A stretch of DNA of 64,000 nt from Rebecca billardiae RCC1528. Lineage: Eukaryota; Protista; Haptophyta. Both the position numbers and the translations under genes were made by a program. The stretch covers positions 62,001 through 126,000 of the forward strand of contig OZ251224.1 in NCBI GenBank assembly GCA_965240325.2, given 5' to 3'. Of the stretch, positions 56,364-64,000 are shown piece by piece. The notes below the pieces were generated by a model. It was given only the letters and a program-made list of their open reading frames with translations, was not told the origin of the DNA and did not search any database. Every line of letters starts with the position of its first letter. The first letter of the stretch is position 1.

Positions 56364-56682
56364 ACATACTGTGCTGCTGTAAGTACTACGACTCGTCATC
56401 ATCGTCGCGCGTCATCGGGCACGGTCCACCGCGCCCTGCATGTAACTAATAAGAGCAGTGCATGTGAGCAAGCAACGGTCTGCGGCGGGTCACGGGCGCA
56501 TACTGTACGGCCGTCAAGGACAAGCTGCAGCCGCATTATTGGGCGCCGCGGCTCCCATTAGGCGCGGATCGCGGATGACCGACTCCGCCAGCAAGGCATC
56601 AGCGCCTCAGCCGGAATGCAAGCACGGGGGAGATGTTGCAGAGCAGAGGCCAACGTGGCAACGAGCCTCGCCATGCGCCCAG

Positions 56683-57327
56683 TCACGGCGTCGAGTCCTC
56701 CTGCGCGTCGCCGTCCGCCCAGGCGCGCGCGGCGGTGCGCGCGCCCTCGCCCTCTGAGCCATCCGAATCGTCGTCAGGGCGGGCGAGCGTGCGGAGGTGG
56801 CGGCGCGCGAGAGCTCCAGACCTGTGCAGGTGGTCGGCGACAGAGACGATCGCGTCGTCGAGTGATCTGCGAAGCTCCGCGACGAGCGGGTCGTGCACGT
56901 CGAGCAGCGGCTCGACACTCGCCGCCGGCGGTTCGGGCGCCGGCCCCGCGGTCGCCGCCAACCCCGCACCGCGCGCGCCGGATGCAGCTTGGGGCGCGGC
57001 CGCCAGGGGGCTCTGGGCCACGCTGCCAGGTGGAGGTGGCTCCACCGACACGTCCACGAGCCTCGATCTCCGCGGCACGGCGGCGTCGAGGCCGTCGACG
57101 CCGCTCGACAGCTGCGCGCGCGGGACGTAACCGGCGGCGCGCAGGCCCCGCTCACGGCGGCAGCGCACGCAGGTGCACAGGTGCTCGTGCGCGTGCCACG
57201 ACGGGCGGTGTCGGGACCAATCGCCACACTGCATCTCGTATGGCACCGGCGGCGGGCCGATGATCTCATCGCGCCGGGCCTCGAGCTCGCTTGGCTGGCC
57301 GTACCCCGGCGGGTACAGGTACACCAT
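56683..57327 (-). CDS. Hypothetical protein with His/Cys cluster (HAHEHLCTCVRC)
   Basis: 214-aa ATG-started ORF with protein-like composition; no family recognised. Confidence 0.4.
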   Translation of the reverse strand: MVYLYPPGYGQPSELEARRDEIIGPPPVPYEMQCGDWSRHRPSWHAHEHLCTCVRCRRERGLRAAGYVPRAQLSSGVDGLDAAVPRRSRLVDVSVEPPPPGSVAQSPLAAAPQAASGARGAGLAATAGPAPEPPAASVEPLLDVHDPLVAELRRSLDDAIVSVADHLHRSGALARRHLRTLARPDDDSDGSEGEGARTAARAWADGDAQEDSTP

Positions 57328-57350
57328 CGTGCCAAAGGACCATACACCTA

Positions 57351-57648
57351 CAGTTTACTAAGAATAAGAGACGCACACAGCTCAGGCAGGCGAGATTGAC
57401 GCCCGCCAACTGTTCATCACCGCCCATGAAGCCGTCGCCGATGGTAGCGCCGCCGAAAAAATTCGTTCAGCCGTCCGCCTGCGAGGCCTGGACGAGGGCT
57501 GCGGCCGCCTCGCGGCGCGCCAGCGCCCGTCGTCCTCGCCCCACCGTCGTCCACAGTACCATCGGCGACGGCTTCATGGGCGGTGACAGTTGGCGGGCGT
57601 CAATCTCGCCTGCCTGAGCTGTGTGCGTCTCTTATTCTTAGTAAACTG
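57351..57648. mobile_element. 298-bp MITE with 92/96-bp TIRs and TA duplication (Tc1/mariner/pogo-type), variant A ends
   Basis: 57351-57446 is the reverse complement of 57557-57648 (4-nt indel); TA at 57349-57350 and 57649-57650. Confidence 0.93.
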
Positions 57649-57650
57649 TA

Positions 57651-57743
57651 CTGTTTCCAGGTCTCTCTTCGGAGAGCGTGCGATGAAGGATGGCGCGGCA
57701 ACCTGCCACCGTGAGCCTTACGCACGTTAAAACAAATAAACTG
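57651..57743 (+). mobile_element. 93-bp mini element (variant B), TA-flanked
   Basis: Matches 15745-15837; TA on both sides. Confidence 0.85.
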
Positions 57744-57853
57744 TACGGTCCTTTGATCGTGCTGTGATAATGCCGCCGTTTTACTGCGGTACTCCGGCTC
57801 CGGAGTCCGGAATTCGGAGGGACGGGAGGGTTCGCCCCCGGCCGGCGGCCGTC

Positions 57854-59161
57854 ATGGCCGGCGGCAAGCACTTCGCCGTGGCAACGTACATCTCGGGCGC
57901 CAAGTACCTGCCGCTGCTCGTGGCGTGGCTGCACAGCGTCGCGCGCGTGTACGAGGGCAGCCCCAACGTCGACATTGTCGTCGTGCACTGCGAGGTCGAC
58001 CTCTCCGCGCTCGAGCAGCTGCGCGCGTGCGCGGGCGCCAACTACACGGGCAACGTCAGCCTCGTGCCCAGCTGCATCGAGCACCCCAGCCGGGGGCACG
58101 CGCGCTTCCGCGAGGCGGTCGCGGAGGACGACGCGGTGATCATGCGCTACCTGCGCACCTTCGGCGTGTACGCGCTCTGGGGCCTCTCCGCGTACGAGCG
58201 CGTGCTGTTCCTGGACGTGGACGTGCTCGCGCTCAGGCGGGTGCCGCTGGAGGACGGCAGGCGGTGGGGCGGGAAGGGGGCGGGCGTGCAGAACGTGCAC
58301 TGCGTGCGGATCGAGAAGGCGGACACGTGCAACACGGGCGTGCTCGTCGTGCACCCCAGCGCGCAGATGCACGGCCGCATCATGGCCGCCCTCTCGCGCG
58401 TGCATGCCTCTGAGCTGCTGCTCATCAGCGACCAGGTGCCGTGCTCTGTGTGTGTGCGCGCGCCCTGTGCGTGCGTGCGCGCCTCACTGCGCCCGTGCCC
58501 TCCCCTGTGCGCGCAGGCCTTCTTCACCACCTTCTTCAGCGAGTGCGTCAGCCCGCTGCCGCGCGAGTACAACTACCTGGCGATGCTCGGCTCGGCCAAC
58601 TGGCCGTGGCGCAAGGGGCTGGGCAAGGCGGTGCACTTCCACTACCGCTCGAGCCTCTTCAAGCCGATCGACCTGCACAGCGGCGCGCCCAGGCTGGCGT
58701 ACGACGCGCGCAGGCCGGACCGCATCTACGCCGTCTTCCACGCGCACTTTGCGCCGATGCACGCGTGCTACGCACAGGCGGTGCGCCGAGGCGACGCGCC
58801 CGCGCTGCTCGGGGCGTCTGCGCGCGCGCCGCGCCGGCTGGGGGAGGCGAGGGCGGCGGCGGCGCGGCGGCGCTGGGAGCGGCGCGTCCGGCGCATGGAG
58901 CGCGAGGCGCGCGTGCTCGTGGCGCGCAACGCCTCAGCGCCCGGCGGCGCGCCGCCCGGCGACGCGCCGCCCTCGGCGCGCGGCGGGGACGGCGCCAGGC
59001 TGCCGAGCGCGCGCGCCTTGCAGGCGACGCGCGCCAAGCCCGGCCCCGCGGCCGCGCGCGCGCGCGACGTGGCAACGACAAAGCTGCTGACGGAGGGCTA
59101 CGCGCGGACGCCAACGCTGATCGACGACCTGAGGTGTAAGAAGGCCCACCGGACCACGTGA
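57854..59161 (+). CDS. GT8 (glycogenin-like) glycosyltransferase; intron 58436-58516
   Basis: LWGLSAYERVLFLDVDVL (DxD), NTGVLVVHPS, DQ|AFF, LPREYN, AVHF. Confidence 0.85.
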   Translation: MAGGKHFAVATYISGAKYLPLLVAWLHSVARVYEGSPNVDIVVVHCEVDLSALEQLRACAGANYTGNVSLVPSCIEHPSRGHARFREAVAEDDAVIMRYLRTFGVYALWGLSAYERVLFLDVDVLALRRVPLEDGRRWGGKGAGVQNVHCVRIEKADTCNTGVLVVHPSAQMHGRIMAALSRVHASELLLISDQVPCSVCVRAPCACVRASLRPCPPLCAQAFFTTFFSECVSPLPREYNYLAMLGSANWPWRKGLGKAVHFHYRSSLFKPIDLHSGAPRLAYDARRPDRIYAVFHAHFAPMHACYAQAVRRGDAPALLGASARAPRRLGEARAAAARRRWERRVRRMEREARVLVARNASAPGGAPPGDAPPSARGGDGARLPSARALQATRAKPGPAAARARDVATTKLLTEGYARTPTLIDDLRCKKAHRTT

Positions 59162-59527
59162 CGAGCCGATGCATCAAGCAGCGCCGGTGAGGCGCCGCGG
59201 GCTTTTGTATTCCCATCTCGCGGCCGTCCGCGCGGCTGAGCCAGTGCGGCCCGGTAGCCGTCGTCCCCGTGAGTATGCTGGCCTGCCGAGGCCGGCCTGC
59301 GTCATGAGAAGACGACTATAGGCACGACACGCCGCGTGGACGCCCGGCGCGTGGACGTGCGACTGCACCTAGCTGCGACGCGACCGCGCGAGTATTTCTT
59401 TCCGGCCGCCGCGCTGCCCGCGCCCACCATGCTGATTCGTCGCTCCCGCCGTCCCGCGGGCGGAAGCACTGCGCCAGCAGGCCGCAGGATTCTCGCGGCG
59501 CTCGGCTCGTCACCAGAGGGACGGGCG

Positions 59528-59623
59528 ATGGTGCGCGCGCTCTGGGCGCGCACGGCGCTCGCGCTGTGCGCGGGCGTGTGGAGCGCGCCCGCCGCGGCGT
59601 GGCCGTGGGGCGGGCTCCGAGCC

Positions 59624-59665
<42 letters not shown>

Positions 59666-61634
59666 GGCGCGCTCGCCCGCCTCGCGCTCGGCGTGCGCGC
59701 GCACGTGCTGCGCGTCGGGCCGGCGGCGTGCGAGGGCGCGGCGCGCCCGGCGGTGTGCTCGCTGTACGCGGACGTGCTGGTGGGCCAGGCGGCGGCGCTG
59801 ACGCTGTGCCTCACCTTCGGCCTGCTCGGCTTCTACCTCATCCGCCGCCGCTTCATCCGCGCCCTCCTCGCCACCACGGACGAGAACCCGTTCTCGTTCC
59901 TCGCGCCCAACATCCACCACCTGCGGCACTCGTACCAGGCGCGGCTGCCGGGCGTGACGGTGGTGATGCCGGTGAAGGGCGTGCACGAGCGCTCGCGCGA
60001 CAACTGGCGCTCGCAGCTCACCTCGCTCTACGGCGGCCCCCTCGAGTTCATCTTTGTCGTCGAGTCGGGCGCGGACCCGGCGCACGGCGCGATCGCGTCG
60101 CTTGTGCGCGAGATGGGCGGCGGGATGGACGTGAAGCTGGTGGTGGCGGGGCTGTCGTTCCACTGCTCGCAGAAGATCCACAACCTCCTCGCCGGCATCG
60201 ACCAGGCCTCCCGCCGCTCCACCTACCTCATCATCCTCGACGACGACATCCAGCTGCACCCGGGCGCCATTCTGACGTGGGTGGAGGAGATGGAGGCCGA
60301 TCCCGCCGTCTTCGTCGCCTCGGGGTACAGCTTCGACTACGCGGCGAAGGGGGCGATGGGGCTGCCCAACATGCTGCTCATGATGTGGCGGTGCGGCCGC
60401 GCGCGCGCGCGCGCGCGCGCGCGCACCGCCGCCGCCGCCGCCGCCGCGCGGCGCGCGGCTGAGCGCGCCGCCGCGCCGCCGCGCGCGCGCGCGCGCCGCG
60501 CGCTCGCTCCCCGCAGCATGGCCGCCATGGCGGCGTTCGCGCGCACGCGGCCGTCCAACCTGTGGGGCGGCGCGATGATGTTCCGGCGCGAGGAGCTGCA
60601 CCGCAACGTGCACTCCATCCTCGACGCGTGGCGCGACGGCGGCTACTCGGAGGACCTGATCACCATCGCACTGTGCCGCAAGCACGCGCGCACCATTGCC
60701 ATCCCGCTGGCGGCCATCTTCCCCAACGAGCAGCTCGAGCCGCTCTCGTGGGCCAAGTACTGGAACTACCTGTGCAGGCAGGTGTTCGTGCTCTCGACGT
60801 ACGGCTTCCAGTACCACCAGGCGCTCGCCATCGAGATGCAGATCGTGCTCATCGTGCAGGTGCGCGCGCGCGCACGGTCTGCGCCCGCGGCGCGCGCTCG
60901 CTCAGCGCCGCCACCGCCGCCGCCGCCGCCCTCTCTCTCGCGCCTGTCTCCCGCCGCAGAACCTGACGTCGGCACTGGCCACGCTGGTGGCGAGCGTGCA
61001 GGCGTGCTGCCTGCTGTACGTGCTGAGCGCCGCCGCTGTCGACGCGGCGGCCGCGGTGCTCCGCGCGCCCGCCGCCGCGCCCGCCGCCGCGGGCGGCGCG
61101 CGCGTGCTCGGCGCCGCGCTCCGAGCGGCCGCGCGCGCCGCGGGCGCGGAGCTGAGCGCGCTCGGCCCACCGTGTGGCCGCTCGATGGCGCTGTCGGCGC
61201 TGCTGCTGCTCACGCACGTGCTGCTCGCCGCGGGGACGAAGCTGTGCTGCTCGTGCCTCGCCGCGCTGTGCAACGCGCTCTCGCCCGCGCCCACCGCCGC
61301 CGGCTCGAAGCAGCCCGGCGGCGCGCGGCCCAACGGCGCCGCAGCCACGCCCGTCCGGCGCGTGGACGTGCGCCACCTGCGCGTCGGCCACCTGCTGCTC
61401 GCCAACCTCGTGCACAACTTCATGGCGTCGGCGGCGTACGTGCGCACCAAGCTCGACCCGTCGATCGTGTGGTCGGGCGTGCGGTACACTTGCAGCCACG
61501 GCCGCGTGCGCAGCGTGCACAGGCGCGGCGCGGACGGCGCGTGGTACACGCAGCCGCCAGAGTCGACGCTCGCGGGCGCGCTGCACGAGTCTGCGAGGCT
61601 AGCGGGAGCGCGGCTGCAGGCGCAGCTCGGATGA
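59528..61634 (+). CDS. GCS: Plant-type glucosylceramide synthase (GT21/GT2-like); introns about 60390-60517 and 60860-60959
   Basis: PGVTVVMPVKG, NWRSQLTSLYGGPLEFIFVVES, CSQKIHN, LDDDIQLHPG, WGGAMM, RDGGYSED, YWNYLCRQVFVL. Confidence 0.88.
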
Positions 61635-61706
61635 TGGCTCGCCTGGACACTATGTATATACATATGCATACGCACGTGCTGACCTCACTGAGCGGACAGA
61701 GGCGCC

Positions 61707-61733
61707 TATATATATATATATTATATGTACATA
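61707..61733. repeat. (TA)n microsatellite
   Basis: Direct reading. Confidence 0.85.
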
Positions 61734-62739
61734 CACAGTGCCGGAAAACTGCTCAGGGTGACGTTTTAAGTTGTCCGCACCACTAGTCGAATCATCGGAC
61801 AATTCTGAAGCGGTGCGCCTAAATTCGGCGCACCATAGGCGCGTCGAATCGTGGCACAGACCTTGGTAGCAGGCCACACCTGAGCGCGCTGCGCGCGCCG
61901 ACGCGCGCTCGGCGCGGGCAAAAAATCATGCGCCGTTGGCATTACGCAGCCCCGCGCAGCGCTGTGCTCGAGCTCGGCGGCGGCGAAAGCGGGCGGGCGC
62001 ACACGGCGGTGCCCGTGCGCGCTGCTCCGAGCGCAGCTGCGGCCACCCCGGCGGCATACCGCCGGTCGAGGGCACGAAAACCGATTTTTCGGGAAAATGC
62101 AGAGCAGCGGCGCCCGAGCGCGCCCGAGCTCGTCGCAGCACAGTCTCCTGGTGGCTGCGCCCCGTGAAGCCACGCCACGCGGGGCGCTGGCGTGCGCGTG
62201 GCCTGCGCCCACCGTGCGCTGCCCGATCATGGCCGTCGACCGCTCCGAGCGCCTCACCACGCGTGCTCGAGCCCACCGATACTGACGCCCGAGCACGGTG
62301 CCGGCAGCGCTCGCAGGTGGGCGTCGGAGAAAACACGCCGGCCGAACGAGCTTGAAGCGTCCGCCGCGATGCCAACGGCAGCGGACGACGTGCGCGCCAC
62401 CTCGGCGCCAGTCGCCCAGCCCTTGCGCGGCGGTGCGGGCTCGCTCGTTCGCCGCCATCAGCTGCGCGCGCGCAGCCCGATCACTGCCCGCTGGTTCTGT
62501 TGTCGAGCAGCTGCGGCCTGCCACGCGCACTGCCGGACATTGAGCCACAGCGCGAGCACGCGCCTCGTCTGGCACGCGCGAGCACTCAGCATCGTGCGTG
62601 GCCACCATGACGCGCCCATCTGCGCCAGCAGCGATGAGCACGCCGCCGTTCAGCTCGCATCGGGCTCGCTCGCGACGCAGCAACGCGCGGCCGTAGCGGC
62701 AGCAGCGGCGCCGTCGAGCACGCGCAGCAAACAAATATG

Positions 62740-63450
62740 CAGCGCGGGCGAGTCGACGGTCTGGAAAATGCGCGATCACGCCACAGCAGGCTGGCAGAGC
62801 CCGCCCGAGCTGCAGCATGCCGTAGGTGCTGCCCCAAGCTCTCGACTGCCCGTAAGCGGCGGCATGTGCGGCGGCGCCGGCGGCGGCCATGCTGCCACGC
62901 CGTTGCGCGCCGCGGGGCGCCGTCGGCACCTCTGTGGTGAAGCGCACAGAGCTCGAGCCCACGGGGGCTGGCGACCGTCAAACCGACACCCCATGACGCG
63001 GGGCTGCGTGCGCCAGCTGCGCGCACTCCGTGGGCCCACCTAGCCCGCTCGAGCAGCTCGCCTTGGGTGCGCGCAGCGGCTCGAGCACACTGGTATGGGA
63101 CGCCTGCCTGCGGTGCCGCCGAGCACATGCGGCCGACGGTCACTCAGCACGGGCGACTCGACGGCGGCGAGCAGGCGCGACGGCCTCGCCGCGCCGCGGA
63201 AAAGCCTGCCCGGGCTGCAGCACGCCGTAGGAGCAGCCCAGCGCCCTCCTCCGCCCTCCAGCTTCGGCGCGCGCAGCAGGCCCGGCGGCGGCCATGCTGG
63301 CGTGCCCAAGCATGAAGATGGGCGCGGCCGGCCGCGCCGTCGCAAAGCGCGCAGAACTCGAGCTCGGGGGGGCGGACGGCCGCCAAACTGGCGCGGCAGG
63401 ACGTGGCACTGCGTGCGCCAGCTACGCGCACCCGCTGCGCCCGCGTGGCC
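62740..63450. repeat. Diverged direct duplication, period about 400 bp
   Basis: Co-linear blocks cgggcga.tcgacgg, ctgcagca.gccgtagg, ggcggccatgctg, caga.ctcgagc and gcgtgcgccagct.cgcgcac occur in 62745-63030 and again in 63150-63435. Confidence 0.7.
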
Positions 63451-64000
63451 CGTGCGAGCGCCGCGCCTCGAGCACACGCAGCTGCTCGACACAGCCACGG
63501 CAGTGTGGCTTGTGCGCGTGCACGTGATCAGTCTCAGCTCTGAGGCGCGCGCTCAGGAGGGCTGCGGCCGGGCCGAGCGCGATCTGCGCGGACGGTACAG
63601 CCTGGCGGCTCATGCCAGCCAGCCCAAAGCCCGCTCCGCCATCCGCGTCATGGCGCTCCAGCCTCTCGCGTGCTGCGCTGCAGCCGCGCTCGGCACTAGA
63701 CGTCGCCCAGCCCGCCTTGCACGCGGCTGAGCAGTGGCAGCCAGGCGAAGCGTCGTCGCGGGCGAGGCTGCGCTGGGTGATGCGGCTCGGGTCGGTGGGC
63801 AAGTCGCACCCCGCCGTCGGTCGCCTCCACGCCTCAGGCTCGCTCGAGGTCAAAGACAACTGCGCGGCGCGGCGTTTGCGCGGGCGGGCCGCGGGCGTGG
63901 CGGGGTGTACGCGTGCAATGTCACAGCCTCCCACACAATTTCAGGAGGGTGAGACGCACCGCCAGCGGCACCCGCACACAATCCCACCCTGCGCGAGCCA

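Noticed and set aside
1-64000. tRNA or rRNA genes
   Set aside because: No recognisable cloverleaf or rRNA sequence seen by eye.

Overview
Very GC-rich eukaryotic genomic DNA with short GTGCGC...CGCAG introns and (TA)n tracts between genes. It resembles a haptophyte alga such as Pavlova/Diacronema, but that is inference. Host genes: a probably plastid-targeted Pro/Lys-rich protein (cut by the left edge), poly(A)-binding protein, an Rdx/SelH-like protein, a filamin-repeat protein, a TKL kinase, an SLC43/LAT3-like MFS transporter, a GT47 exostosin, a small PDZ protein, a degenerate BBOX/TauD-like + HD-domain fusion, a GT11-like and a GT8 glycosyltransferase, a plant-type glucosylceramide synthase and several hypothetical proteins. 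A large share of the window is mobile DNA: a ~10 kb LINE (2A-like motif, APE, RT, RNase H, zinc knuckle and an unusual C-terminal OTU-like protease), a 5 kb palindromic cluster of a non-coding hairpin-rich element with 64-bp hairpin arrays, a 975-bp foldback element that rewrote the end of the MFS gene, and a 1.7 kb TIR element with a 9-bp TSD. The most interesting signal is a family of TA-flanked ...TAAACTG transposon ends in three diverged variants. They keep the same nested hairpin, with compensatory changes, on the strand reading out of the element. This is the layout expected of a transposon-end guide-RNA scaffold (omegaRNA-like). No Fanzor/TnpB protein is recognisable in this window, so it remains a hypothesis.
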